From a virus (lineage: Duplodnaviria; Caudoviricetes), in the IMG/VR virus record IMGVR_UViG_2687453461_000002: 64,000 nucleotides of DNA. One strand, written 5' to 3'. Below, piece after piece: positions 19,023-28,567 of the stretch. A program made the position numbers and the translations under genes. Every line of letters starts with the position of its first letter. Position 1 is the stretch's first letter. The notes beneath the pieces were generated by a model, which was not told the DNA's origin, did not search any database, and saw only the letters and a program-made list of their open reading frames with translations.

Positions 19023-20807
19023 TTATAGCGCTGTAACAGTGCATCTGATGTCAAACGCGGACCACGGAAGCCACGTAGCGACACCATTCGTCAGGTTGGT
19101 AATTACAGTGCCGTTTGCGGATGCGTGAGTTCTTACCGTGAAACTAGTTGAATCGCTGTTATAAATAGTCAGCCCACCTCCTCCGTTGTCGGTGGTGATC
19201 GTGTTGATAACCAGCTCTGTACCGACAGGGTATCCGGCTGTAGCTGTTGTTATCCTTGCATCCCACCGAAAACTAGTGACCGGCGCCCCCATATTGTGCT
19301 GAAAAATTGAACCAACGTTTGCGGAGAATTTACGCCAGTCGCTAACCCACTTTTTTGGGGTCGCCACTTGTAGATTCTGTATCTGCGAGGCCTGGGATGC
19401 CACAAGGGCTGCCAATGCGGTTACGTCCACCGTGCCGGGATTAGCAGCCGTTGCTCCGCCGATAAAGCACCAGATTACGGCTACGTTGGTTGGCCGAGTT
19501 TCTAAACCTACCCGAGGCACTCCATTGGCGCCATCGGTCTGCATCTTTGATATTGTCGATGCTGGGTAGGGGTTGTTTCTTAACGTGTGGTAAGCGGCAC
19601 GAAGGTTGGCCACGGTTGATGCTGCGCTCGGATAGGTTCCAAACTCGGCTAATGACCAGCCGTCTGTTCCGCCGAATGCGTGCCCCTGGAGCTGATCAAG
19701 CTGTGCATTACCTGGATATTCAGACGACCCCCGACCATAACCGCGAAGGAACATAGCGGACATGGTGCCGCCAGCGTGCTTACCGTTAAGGTCAGGCATG
19801 CGGAAAGTGGTAGAACCATTGCCAGCAGAAAAGCGCGTTTGAAGCAGACCATCTGCCAACCATTGCGCGTCAGTTACAGCCACCGTTGAAACAAGCGTCC
19901 ATAACTGCGGAAACACCGCTCGGTCAATGAGTTGCCCGTTGGCAGGGATATGACCGCTAGGCAGCGAGGCCTCCGACACATGCCACGGAACCAGGGAGCC
20001 AACAGGAAGGCCACCAACATCGCCGTAGCTGCCGTCACCCTTGAGGTAGCGGTCCTTGTCTACAATAGCCGGGGCGGGAACAAGCCCTTTGACGCCATCG
20101 GCGGAAGCAGTAGCTCCCGCCATCGTTGCCGTGTAGTACGACGCAGGCTGGCCGCCGAGTTTACTGGCATCGGCCGCCACCTCACTCTTGCCCAGCTTGG
20201 CGTTGAGCTGGCCCTGCAGCTTTGCAAAAGCCTGCAGCACCGTGTCGGTTGCCAGGATCGCAGCATTGACCAGGGTGCCAAGGCCAGAAAGAGTGGTTGA
20301 GCGCACACGGGACTGCGTGAAGTACTGGTTTGTCGGACCTTCGGGCACCTGGTCAGTTGAGCCGGGCGAAGACGGGATCAGCACAAATGCGGATCCACTC
20401 CACCGGTACTGTCGCGTCGGGTTGGTTGGGCTGTCGCCGTCGTTGACTGCGATGTAGATCTTTCCTGTTTCGCCCGCTTCTGGAAAATCTTCCAGAGTTG
20501 GAAATTCGAGCACATCATCGACGAAGCTCGGTAGCTGGGAGGCCGGCACCACCCCGTTAATCAACTGTGGAACCGAGTCACCCAGGGCCGTCGCAGGCAC
20601 TGCGGCGTCGGCTATCGCTTTCGCCTCTGCAGCGGCATCCCGCGCCGCCGCAGCATTCGCCACACCCTGCTCAGCCTTCGCCTGAGCTGCAGTCGTGCGG
20701 GTATCCAACTCCGCGAAGTTGTCGTTGATGATCTGACCGCCCGAGCGCAGGTCCTGGCCGTTGCCATCGTTGGGAACCCCGCCGATGTTGATGGGATCGA
20801 TGCTCAT
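19023..20807 (-). CDS. side tail fibre protein
   Basis: INIGGVPNDGNGQDLR N-terminus; collar-like GNGSTTFRMPDL..FLRG and ETRPTNVA. Confidence 0.8.
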   Translation of the reverse strand: MSIDPINIGGVPNDGNGQDLRSGGQIINDNFAELDTRTTAAQAKAEQGVANAAAARDAAAEAKAIADAAVPATALGDSVPQLINGVVPASQLPSFVDDVLEFPTLEDFPEAGETGKIYIAVNDGDSPTNPTRQYRWSGSAFVLIPSSPGSTDQVPEGPTNQYFTQSRVRSTTLSGLGTLVNAAILATDTVLQAFAKLQGQLNAKLGKSEVAADASKLGGQPASYYTATMAGATASADGVKGLVPAPAIVDKDRYLKGDGSYGDVGGLPVGSLVPWHVSEASLPSGHIPANGQLIDRAVFPQLWTLVSTVAVTDAQWLADGLLQTRFSAGNGSTTFRMPDLNGKHAGGTMSAMFLRGYGRGSSEYPGNAQLDQLQGHAFGGTDGWSLAEFGTYPSAASTVANLRAAYHTLRNNPYPASTISKMQTDGANGVPRVGLETRPTNVAVIWCFIGGATAANPGTVDVTALAALVASQASQIQNLQVATPKKWVSDWRKFSANVGSIFQHNMGAPVTSFRWDARITTATAGYPVGTELVINTITTDNGGGGLTIYNSDSTSFTVRTHASANGTVITNLTNGVATWLPWSAFDIRCTVTAL

Positions 20808-21142
20808 GGGTGGAATGCCTGTTCGAATGTTGCGGTCAGGGTGTAGGCATCGCCCCCCATGGCCTTGGGTTGATACTCGGAACACCGGTAGAGCATTTGA
20901 TCGCCCAGCGGGTCAGCCCAGAAAAACGGTGTTGCGCCGGCATGCCGATCGAGGAACGCCATGATCTCCTTGATGCGCGCCTTCTGGCCTGTGAACGTCA
21001 GGGGCCAGGACTGCGAGCGGTTGTTGATTCCGTCCTGGGCACGCTGCTCGTAACCGTCGCCGAACTTGGCCGACTTGGTTCGAAACGCAATGGTGGCCGC
21101 CGGATCGTTGTTCGGCTTCCAGGTGAAGATTTCAGTTGCCAT
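20804..21142 (-). CDS. minor tail protein M
   Basis: AKFGDGYEQRAQDGIN, ATFEQAF. Confidence 0.9.
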   Translation of the reverse strand: MATEIFTWKPNNDPAATIAFRTKSAKFGDGYEQRAQDGINNRSQSWPLTFTGQKARIKEIMAFLDRHAGATPFFWADPLGDQMLYRCSEYQPKAMGGDAYTLTATFEQAFHP

Positions 21143-21187
21143 ATTTTCTCCAGGCATAAAAAAGCCCGCCGAAGCGGGCAACGCCAA

Positions 21188-24100
21188 TCAGCCACGCCCC
21201 CTGATGGCCATGTAGATCTGGCCTCCTGGCCGGAGGTCCTTCGCGATCTGCTCCTGGGCACCCTGCTTGGCGGACTTGGCATAGGCCTGGGCCAGAACCT
21301 GGCCGTCCGCTTCGCTGGCCCCGCCACTCCCTTCAGGGATGTTGAAGGTCTGCTGAATCACGACTTGGTTGTTGCTCGGGGTTGAATCACCGCCCAACGC
21401 TCGAATACCCAACTGGCCGCCGGAGGTCCTGGCCAACGGCACAATCGCCTCGGGGCCCGCCTCGCCCATCAATCCAGTCTGGCCGCCAGCCATTCCGAAA
21501 GCCGTTGGCTTGCTGACCACGCTGTTCGTGAAGGCGCCACCATTGGCGAACATCTGCACGCCAGCTCCCCAGGCACCGCCATTGGCCTGGTAGCTGGAGA
21601 AGTCGACCCCGGTATACCCGGCCTGCGTTGAGCCGGCCGAAGCCGCCCCACCGCCGAAGTACGATGCGGCAGCAGAGGCAGCCATGCCGAACAACGAGCT
21701 GAGCGCCGAGGAGCTGGCCTGGCGAACAGCAATGCGCGCCATATCTGCGAGGATCGACTTCGTGAAGTCAGCAAACGACAGCTTTCCGGTCATCGCGAAC
21801 TGCACAATCGCATCTTCCATGGAGCCGAAGGCGTTTGTGAAAAGGCTCTTGGTCTGGCCGGCCACATCTCGCGCCGACTCCAAGTAGTTCTGCCAGGCTG
21901 AGGATGCTCCATTGGTCCAGTCGCCCTGGGCAGCGCTCATGTCGTCGTAGTTGCTGACCACGGTGTCGTGCAGTTTCTGCTGGGTGGACTCCAGTGCCTG
22001 CAGCTTCTGCGTGTACTCGTCGAGGCTCATGCCCCGGGAGCCATCGCCATACTGGTTGGCCAGGTCCAGCTTCTGCTGGTTGATGCGGTCGTCGATTGCG
22101 TTCTGCTGGTTGGTCAGGTCCCGCTGGCGGTCACCCTGGCCAAGGCCCGCGGCAGCACGAATACCCTGCTCACGTAGCGTATCGACTTGCTGCTGCAGGG
22201 CGCTGGTGTAGGTCTTGACCGCCAGTTCCTGCTTCTTCAGCCGGCCCTCTTCGTTCTTGGCCAGCACGCTCAGCTCGGTGTCAGCGTCCCGCTGAGCCTT
22301 GACCATGGCGGCGCGGGCATCGGCGATTTTCTGGTCCAGTTGGATGCGCTGGGCGGCAGAGGTGCTGGCCTTGCCCTTGGCGGCCTCAAGTGCCGAAATT
22401 TCCGCCTCATAGGCCGCCGTGACCTCGTCCCGCTCATTGCCGATCATGGCCTCGCGCTTGAGCAGATAGTCGGCCTGGGACACCAGTCCCGCCTTCTGCG
22501 CTGCGTCCAGTTCCTTCTGGGCGTTTTTGTACTCGGACAGGATGCCGGTAAGGTTGTTTTTCGAGTTGTTGAAGGCCGTCAGATCTACCGCACCGGCGGC
22601 AGATTTGGGGTCCTTTTTCTGCTCGTCGATCGCCTTCCGCAACTGGTCGTAGGCTCCGCCGGAAAACTTCTTACCGTCGTACTGAACCCCATCCAATAGC
22701 GAAACCTTTTTCCCTGTCTCTTCGCTCCTCCGGAAAAGCGTCGTGAACTGATCGTCGAGCTTTTTGTAAGCCTCCTGCCGCTTGGCGAGCGGGTTCAAAT
22801 TCTCCATCTGCTTGTCCAGTTCCTTCTGGACCGCAATGAGCTCCTTATTCGCCCGTGTTTCCTCGCCAGTTGCTACCGCATTGCTCTCGCTGGCCGCCTG
22901 CCGCGCCTTCAGTGCAGCAAGCTTTGCTTCCAGCGCAGGCGTGGAGTCGTCGTTCTCCCCGTCAGCCAGCCCAAGGAAGGAGTTGAGCGAGCTCAGGCCA
23001 TTCGACACAGCGCCTGCGACACCACCTCCCTTGCGGGTATCCAGCACCCTCTGGGTGATCTCGATTTGCTTGGCCAGGTCCGGGAAGATCTCGGATCGAA
23101 TCTCTGCGTAAGCGCCCTTGATGGCGACCTTCACCCGATCCCAATCGCGCTCGATGTCCGACAGTGAATCGCGGTAGTTTTTCAGCCGCTCCTGTGCGGA
23201 CTGATTCAGGTTTTCACTGAGGGTGTCCAGCGCGCGCTGGTGATCGCCTTGCTCATCAATGGCTTTGATGACCTGGTACTGCTCATAGGTCAGCAGCCCA
23301 TATTGATCGCTGATCTTCGATGCCGCTTCCGTTGCGGTGTTTCCGGCATTGGCCAGCGACTTCGCAATATCACCCGCCCCCTTCCCCGTAACCTCACCAA
23401 TGGCCGCTGCCGCCTCGGCCAGGTTCTGCATCTGGACACCGCTGGTTGCTGCCCCTGATGCCAGAGCGATTACAGCCTCGCGCGCACCAGCCAAGTTGCC
23501 GGTCAGTGCGCCAGCCGAATCACTCATGGACTTGAGGCTGGCTACGCTTTGCCCTGCATCGTTGGAGCCACCATTGATAACGCTGTTGAACTCTCGCGCC
23601 TGCTTCATGGCGTCGAAGTAGGCATACCCGAGACCACCAATAACGCCCGCCAGCAGCCCCGCGGGTATCAGGGCGGCCGCAAGACTCTTCGCAGAGGCCC
23701 CAGCCCCCGCGCCAAGCTGTGCAATAGCCCGCGCACCACTCCCCCAATCCCCAGATTGCAGGGCGTTGGTCAGCTGCATGACGTTTTCTTGAGCCTGGCG
23801 GGTGCCGAGCTTCAGCTTGTCGAATGCGCCCTCTGTCGCGGTGATGCCGGCCCGGTCCTTGCCGACTTTGGCCAAGGCTTCGCTGTAGCGGTCAGCGTTG
23901 ATTGCGCCAATGCGGAACGCCTCATGGGCGGCCTTTTCCTGCGCCTCCAGCTTGGCCAGCTTCACATTCAAGGGGTCGATGCTGTTGACCGTACGCTTCA
24001 GCGCTTCGATCTGCCGGTTCTCGGCGTCGATCAGGCGCTGCTTCTGCGCCGCCTCCTTGGCTTCGGCTTTCTCGATCTTGTCGAAGGATTTGCCGAGACG

Positions 24101-24511
24101 CTCCTGATAGGCCTCTTGCTGTTCAATGGTGACCAAGCCGCCCTTGCGGGCCCGCTCAAGCAATCCCTCGGCCTGGACCAGCTTCTCCATGCTGTCGATA
24201 TTGCCGGTCATCGCCCTGTCGAGCTGGCTGATGATGGCGATTTCGCTGGCGGCGCTTGTACCGGCCTTGCGGCTCGCGTCGACCTGGCGTTCCTTCGCAC
24301 TGGTAGCTTTGTCGATGCCCTGGGCGGCCTCCGCCTCCGCTTGGCTGATCTTCTTGCCGGTGTTGGCCAGGCCTTCCCCAGCCTTGCCAAGGTCATCGAC
24401 GGCCTTCTCTGCCCCTTCGGCCGCGTCGACCAGTTTATCCAGGTCATCGGCAGCCTTGACCGCCTGAGACGACTCAACCGCAATGCCAAGCGAAGCGAAG
24501 GTAGTGCTCAT
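21188..24511 (-). CDS. tape measure protein
   Basis: 1107 aa, Ala-rich helical; DWTNGASSAWQNY and MGEAGPEAIVPL. Confidence 0.93.
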   Translation of the reverse strand: MSTTFASLGIAVESSQAVKAADDLDKLVDAAEGAEKAVDDLGKAGEGLANTGKKISQAEAEAAQGIDKATSAKERQVDASRKAGTSAASEIAIISQLDRAMTGNIDSMEKLVQAEGLLERARKGGLVTIEQQEAYQERLGKSFDKIEKAEAKEAAQKQRLIDAENRQIEALKRTVNSIDPLNVKLAKLEAQEKAAHEAFRIGAINADRYSEALAKVGKDRAGITATEGAFDKLKLGTRQAQENVMQLTNALQSGDWGSGARAIAQLGAGAGASAKSLAAALIPAGLLAGVIGGLGYAYFDAMKQAREFNSVINGGSNDAGQSVASLKSMSDSAGALTGNLAGAREAVIALASGAATSGVQMQNLAEAAAAIGEVTGKGAGDIAKSLANAGNTATEAASKISDQYGLLTYEQYQVIKAIDEQGDHQRALDTLSENLNQSAQERLKNYRDSLSDIERDWDRVKVAIKGAYAEIRSEIFPDLAKQIEITQRVLDTRKGGGVAGAVSNGLSSLNSFLGLADGENDDSTPALEAKLAALKARQAASESNAVATGEETRANKELIAVQKELDKQMENLNPLAKRQEAYKKLDDQFTTLFRRSEETGKKVSLLDGVQYDGKKFSGGAYDQLRKAIDEQKKDPKSAAGAVDLTAFNNSKNNLTGILSEYKNAQKELDAAQKAGLVSQADYLLKREAMIGNERDEVTAAYEAEISALEAAKGKASTSAAQRIQLDQKIADARAAMVKAQRDADTELSVLAKNEEGRLKKQELAVKTYTSALQQQVDTLREQGIRAAAGLGQGDRQRDLTNQQNAIDDRINQQKLDLANQYGDGSRGMSLDEYTQKLQALESTQQKLHDTVVSNYDDMSAAQGDWTNGASSAWQNYLESARDVAGQTKSLFTNAFGSMEDAIVQFAMTGKLSFADFTKSILADMARIAVRQASSSALSSLFGMAASAAASYFGGGAASAGSTQAGYTGVDFSSYQANGGAWGAGVQMFANGGAFTNSVVSKPTAFGMAGGQTGLMGEAGPEAIVPLARTSGGQLGIRALGGDSTPSNNQVVIQQTFNIPEGSGGASEADGQVLAQAYAKSAKQGAQEQIAKDLRPGGQIYMAIRGRG

Positions 24512-24837
24512 TTGTTGTCTCTCTGTTCAGCCATTACGGCCAGGGCTTCGGCCTCCATCTGCCGGATGTCACTGAAAATGCTTTGCCTGGAGCCAGCCGG
24601 CACACCACACATTCGGATGACGCTCGGCAGGACGCCGTAGTCCAGACCGGTAGCGCCGCACGCGCCGACCCGCCACTGGGTGTGCATCGCCTCAAAGACA
24701 ATGAAGGCCGGCCAGTTGTCCGGCCAGACCTCGCAGTCCTGGCCGGTGAGATCACCCACCAGAAAGCCAAAGGTCTTCAGCTCTTCCGCCGAAGGCCCCT
24801 GCTCGTAGAGTGCGCGCGCGGCGCTTAGGAGTTTCCC
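24508..24837 (-). CDS. tail assembly chaperone T part (via -1 frameshift)
   Basis: -1 frame is open from GGGAAAC through EVWPDNWPA..GLDYG. Confidence 0.8.
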   Translation of the reverse strand, partial: GKLLSAARALYEQGPSAEELKTFGFLVGDLTGQDCEVWPDNWPAFIVFEAMHTQWRVGACGATGLDYGVLPSVIRMCGVPAGSRQSIFSDIRQMEAEALAVMAEQRDNK

Positions 24838-25205
24838 AGGCGGGCCTGGTTGAAGGCTTCGGAATAGGCCGCCAATACCGCGCTGGGAATCGAGACAATC
24901 GAGGTGACCAGAATGCGGATGTTCTGGTCGTTGAACTCTTCTTCGAAGTCCCAGCCGGCCACCACCGCCTTAACTTGATCCACCTGCAGGTCGATCTGGG
25001 CCGCGGTGAAGGCTTTCAGGTCCATCTCGTCAGCCTTCAACCCCAGGGCCTTGTGGCGCTCGCCCCACTCGGCATAGAGCTCGGCCAGGCCGGTCCGGTC
25101 CAGGTACTTGAACTCGAACCCCACCTTCACTGGCTCGCCGCCCAATTGCGGGATCAGCACGTCGGCCCTGAAGGTTGGATTCTGGATCAGTGAGAACTTG
25201 GCCAT
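24825..25205 (-). CDS. tail assembly chaperone G
   Basis: between the tail tube and tape measure; ends ARLGNS. Confidence 0.85.
   Translation of the reverse strand: MAKFSLIQNPTFRADVLIPQLGGEPVKVGFEFKYLDRTGLAELYAEWGERHKALGLKADEMDLKAFTAAQIDLQVDQVKAVVAGWDFEEEFNDQNIRILVTSIVSIPSAVLAAYSEAFNQARLGNS
24831..24837 (-). other. programmed -1 frameshift slippery site GGGAAAC
   Basis: just before the G stop codon; the -1 frame joins ORF 24508-24759, as in lambda G-T. Confidence 0.8.
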
Positions 25206-25208
25206 GGG

Positions 25209-25862
25209 TTACACCGAGGTCAGATAGCGGGTTGGCTCGGATTGCAGCGCCAGGTTCACGGTGCGGGTCAGCAGGTTGTTACGGGACACCGCCGGCTGCT
25301 TGGAGAACGAGGTGTAGGCCCCGTACAGCAGCGTGTCATTGCCGGGGAGGTTGAGGCGCGCGGCCTGTACCTTCTTGCCGGCGTCAGCCGCCATCAGCAC
25401 CGCGTTGAAGGGTTGAGCCGGATCATCTGCGATGGTCAGCACCATGCTCGCCGCGGACTTGTCGGTAGGGATCTGCTTGCCCTGGTCATCTTCCAAGAAG
25501 GTGACGTCGAGATAGTTCTGCTCGCCGCCGGAGAAAGCCAAGTCGGTGACCTGCGGAATCAGTACCCAGGAGAGGATCTTTTTCATGGTGCCCGCACCGT
25601 TGCCAGCCGGGAACAGCTGCGTATCGGTGGTATCGATCCCTTCCAGGGTGATCGCCGTGGCGGTCGCGGCTTTAATGCGCACCACCTTGTTGTCCAGCTT
25701 GCTCCAGCCGGAGGTCAGCAGCACGATGTCGCCGACGTCCAGGTCAGCGCCCACAACGGTGGCGACCGCCTCGGAGGCGTTAGAAATTGCGGTGAAAGCC
25801 AGAGCCGGGGCGTAGGTCGCGGCATGCTGGAAGTTGCCGCCGTTGGGAATTCGGTATGCCAT
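25209..25862 (-). CDS. major tail tube protein
   Basis: SGGEQNY..FLEDD..QIPT motifs and position. Confidence 0.85.
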   Translation of the reverse strand: MAYRIPNGGNFQHAATYAPALAFTAISNASEAVATVVGADLDVGDIVLLTSGWSKLDNKVVRIKAATATAITLEGIDTTDTQLFPAGNGAGTMKKILSWVLIPQVTDLAFSGGEQNYLDVTFLEDDQGKQIPTDKSAASMVLTIADDPAQPFNAVLMAADAGKKVQAARLNLPGNDTLLYGAYTSFSKQPAVSRNNLLTRTVNLALQSEPTRYLTSV

Positions 25863-25934
25863 TGGGTTTTCCTCTCTTTAGAAATAACAAAACCCGCTCA
25901 ATGGCGGGTCTGTGGGGTTGCCCGATGGGCGGAA

Positions 25935-26351
25935 TCAGTTGGTATCGGCGCGATACTGGAAGGACACGGGCACGGTGTAGGTGGTGTCACCCTGGATGCC
26001 TGGCCCCTGGTCTGGCGGCGTCATGGTGATCACCGTCAGGCCGGCCTTTTCGTTCCGTTCATACAGCGGAAACAGAGCGCTGATCTCATCAGCCAGGCCG
26101 CCGGCCGGACCGCGGTACTTGCCCGACGGCACCACCACGCTGACCTGGAAGACGCCGGTATACAGCCGGTGATCGCCGCCCAGGGTGTTGCTCGCAGTAT
26201 CCGCCGGCAGCGTGTAGGCACGGAGGTAGGTTTCTCCGTCCTTTGGCGTGTAGGTCTCGTTCTCGACGACCACTTTCAGCGGCGGAACCCTGGCTTTCGC
26301 CCAGCCGATAACCCTGGCCTGGTAGATCGTGGCAATGACGTTATGACTCAT
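25935..26351 (-). CDS. tail terminator-like protein
   Basis: YTGVFQVSV..VPVSFQYRADT; position. Confidence 0.75.
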   Translation of the reverse strand: MSHNVIATIYQARVIGWAKARVPPLKVVVENETYTPKDGETYLRAYTLPADTASNTLGGDHRLYTGVFQVSVVVPSGKYRGPAGGLADEISALFPLYERNEKAGLTVITMTPPDQGPGIQGDTTYTVPVSFQYRADTN

Positions 26352-27001
26352 ACCTGGTTGTTCCTGATGGCTTCGTCGACGATCTGCTGGAACCTGGCGA
26401 GCGTGATTCGAACCATGCCGCCGGGGGCCTGCTTGGAATGCCCGTATTCAAGCGGCACCGCATAAGGCAGGTTGTTCACGATGTAGGCTGTCTGGCCTGC
26501 TGTCAGCTGCCCGACCTGCAGCCGCAGCTTGGCCAGAGTCACACCGCCAGAAGGATCGACCTGATCCAGCGTGCCGTCGGCGGGTGTATCGATCGAGAAC
26601 TGCCAGTTACCCCGGAAGCGACCGCCGACATAGTCCTTCCCGGCGACCAGGCCGTTCACGTTGAAGTTCTGGTCGCGCTCGGTCTTGGTCAGGGGCTTGG
26701 CATACTTCACGCCGCGGCGCAGCTTGCCGGCCTTGGTGAAGTTGCTTTCGTCCAGGTTGATCAGCGTGTTGCGCACCGAGACCTTGAAGTCGTAGTCGTC
26801 GGCTGCGCGTGTATTGGTTGCGCGGTGCGCCACGTTGGCCGCCCAGATCTCCGGATTACCCACCGGCGACATGCGAATCACGCTGCTGCCGATCTCGTTC
26901 ACGATCTCGCGAAAGGTGGCGTCTATGCCGACCTGGGCCTGCTCGGCAAACTGGCGGATGTTCTCCGCGAAGCTGCCGTTCCTGCCGGCGTAGCGGTTCA
27001 C
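26348..27001 (-). CDS. HK97 gp10-like tail completion protein
   Basis: SPV..GRFRGNWQ..NNLPYAVPLEYGHSKQAPGGMV. Confidence 0.8.
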   Translation of the reverse strand: MNRYAGRNGSFAENIRQFAEQAQVGIDATFREIVNEIGSSVIRMSPVGNPEIWAANVAHRATNTRAADDYDFKVSVRNTLINLDESNFTKAGKLRRGVKYAKPLTKTERDQNFNVNGLVAGKDYVGGRFRGNWQFSIDTPADGTLDQVDPSGGVTLAKLRLQVGQLTAGQTAYIVNNLPYAVPLEYGHSKQAPGGMVRITLARFQQIVDEAIRNNQV

Positions 27002-27366
27002 GACCGCACCTGCAGCTCGTACAGAATCGGAGTGCCGGCTGGGTTGATTTCTTTCAGCGGCGGAACGATGGACCAGGTCCGGCCTTGAATGATCACCTTA
27101 TTCAGCAGATCCGGCGCCCACGCCAGCCCCTGAGCGGCGACCTTGAGCTTCTTGTCGCCCTGCTTGATGAGGCTGTTGTTCTGGAACTCCAAGCCTGTGA
27201 AGTCGAGCAGGATGCCCTGGGTGGTTTGCTCGGTGATGGTGTCGGGGCCAGCGAACCCAGTTTCAGGATCGTAATCGCCGGGCTTGATGTCGCGGATGGT
27301 TACGGGCTGGCCGAACTCTGTGATCATCTCCAGAGCCGTAACGGCCATTTCTTCGTAGAATGCCAT
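26998..27366 (-). CDS. head closure / head-tail joining protein
   Basis: position and LIKQGDKK motif. Confidence 0.7.
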   Translation of the reverse strand: MAFYEEMAVTALEMITEFGQPVTIRDIKPGDYDPETGFAGPDTITEQTTQGILLDFTGLEFQNNSLIKQGDKKLKVAAQGLAWAPDLLNKVIIQGRTWSIVPPLKEINPAGTPILYELQVRS

Positions 27367-27390
27367 TTGGCTACCCTAAAAGGACCTTTG

Positions 27391-27699
27391 ATGACTAATG
27401 GCGAAAAAGCATTGTTATTGATTGAGGCTGCCGAGCGCCTAAACAATGCATTGACAGACTTCAGTAGAGTCGACGAATGCCCAGCGAGAGTCGCCCTAGT
27501 ACAGGCAATTCGCACCGTATTGGCTGGAACGGCTGCAGAGAAACTCGCCGATGAATTGATAGACCAACTTGCTCAACACAGTGTTCCGCTCGACTCAAAG
27601 GACCTTGCCACTTTGGTTGATCTCGTATCCGTTAGCAGCGACGGAGATTTAGCCAATGTTTATATCCATTATGAAACACGGCAAATGGAGAAGTATTGA
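27391..27699 (+). CDS. hypothetical antisense moron
   Basis: AAGGA RBS; fills the gap between two neck genes. Confidence 0.55.
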   Translation: MTNGEKALLLIEAAERLNNALTDFSRVDECPARVALVQAIRTVLAGTAAEKLADELIDQLAQHSVPLDSKDLATLVDLVSVSSDGDLANVYIHYETRQMEKY

Positions 27700-27700
27700 T

Positions 27701-28204
27701 TTAGGCCCGCACCGCAAATAACCCGCGCCGTTGTAGGTAGTCAGCAAACTGCGTGGCGCTCGGCCGGTCCGGCGCCGCCGGCAACAGTCGGCCGCTGCTG
27801 TTCGGTATGGCGGCATACTCGCGGGTTACCGCCCCTTCGACACGCTCCAGGGTTACCGCGCCTTTGCGCTTCTCGATCGGGTCGATGTCGTCCTGGTGAA
27901 TCTCGGCGGCCAGAGCCATCTGGCCGTATTGAATCCGCGCCGGCAGGTAGTTGTTTGGCTTGATCTCCTGATCAAGCAGCACTTCCCGGCGCGGCCAGGC
28001 CAGAGCCTGCTCGCTGCTGGTCTTGCGGCCCTTCCAGGTCATGCCATCCATTGCCAGGGCCGCTCGGCGAAGCAACGCTTCCTGCGCGGGCACCTCCGCA
28101 GGGATGGCTACGCCGAATTTCACGGCGTACATGGCCAGATCCTCGGCGGACGCATAGCTTTCGGCGTCAGGCTTGCCGGTGCCATCCTCAACTATGAGTG
28201 CCAT
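27701..28204 (-). CDS. head-tail adaptor
   Basis: MALIVEDGTG..AESYAS..QALAWPR. Confidence 0.8.
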   Translation of the reverse strand: MALIVEDGTGKPDAESYASAEDLAMYAVKFGVAIPAEVPAQEALLRRAALAMDGMTWKGRKTSSEQALAWPRREVLLDQEIKPNNYLPARIQYGQMALAAEIHQDDIDPIEKRKGAVTLERVEGAVTREYAAIPNSSGRLLPAAPDRPSATQFADYLQRRGLFAVRA

Positions 28205-28207
28205 AAA

Positions 28208-28516
28208 TCAACTCGCTGGAATGAGTTTCACAATTTCGGCCTTCGAGGCCTTCGGATCGAACTCGATGCCCTGAGCAGTGAGCCAATCACGCAGATCTGC
28301 CACGCCCATTTTAGCTGGGTCAGTTTCAGTAGCGCCGGCGGGCTCGACAACATCGACCTCGACCTGGATAGCCTTGTAAGCCTCAACCACGACTGGCCAA
28401 TCACCCACAACAGTTACCTTGGTCACACCGGACTCTGGCTTATCGAAGTACTGCGGGTTGCGATAGCGCTGATCGGGATCGAAGTCCGTGGTTTGCGCAG
28501 AGTAAGTCAATTCCAT
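28208..28516 (-). CDS. capsid-adjacent protein with HeH/LEM-like C-terminus
   Basis: ends MGVADLRDWLTAQGIEFDPKASKAEIVKL. Confidence 0.65.
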   Translation of the reverse strand: MELTYSAQTTDFDPDQRYRNPQYFDKPESGVTKVTVVGDWPVVVEAYKAIQVEVDVVEPAGATETDPAKMGVADLRDWLTAQGIEFDPKASKAEIVKLIPAS

Positions 28517-28567
28517 GGATGTCTCCAAAGCGGCTCATGGCGAACCGCTTGCTGAGGAAGGCGCTGA

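Noticed and set aside
19023-20807. diversity-generating retroelement or invertible tail fibre
   Set aside because: No reverse transcriptase, invertase or template repeat was seen in the window
23549-26465. long plus-strand ORFs (363 aa, 407 aa) and similar ones at 31829-32929 and 41286-42188
   Set aside because: Antisense shadows of high-GC phage genes, with no RBS or recognisable motifs
27701-28204. DnaT-like ssDNA-binding protein
   Set aside because: Position after the capsid genes indicates a head-tail adaptor
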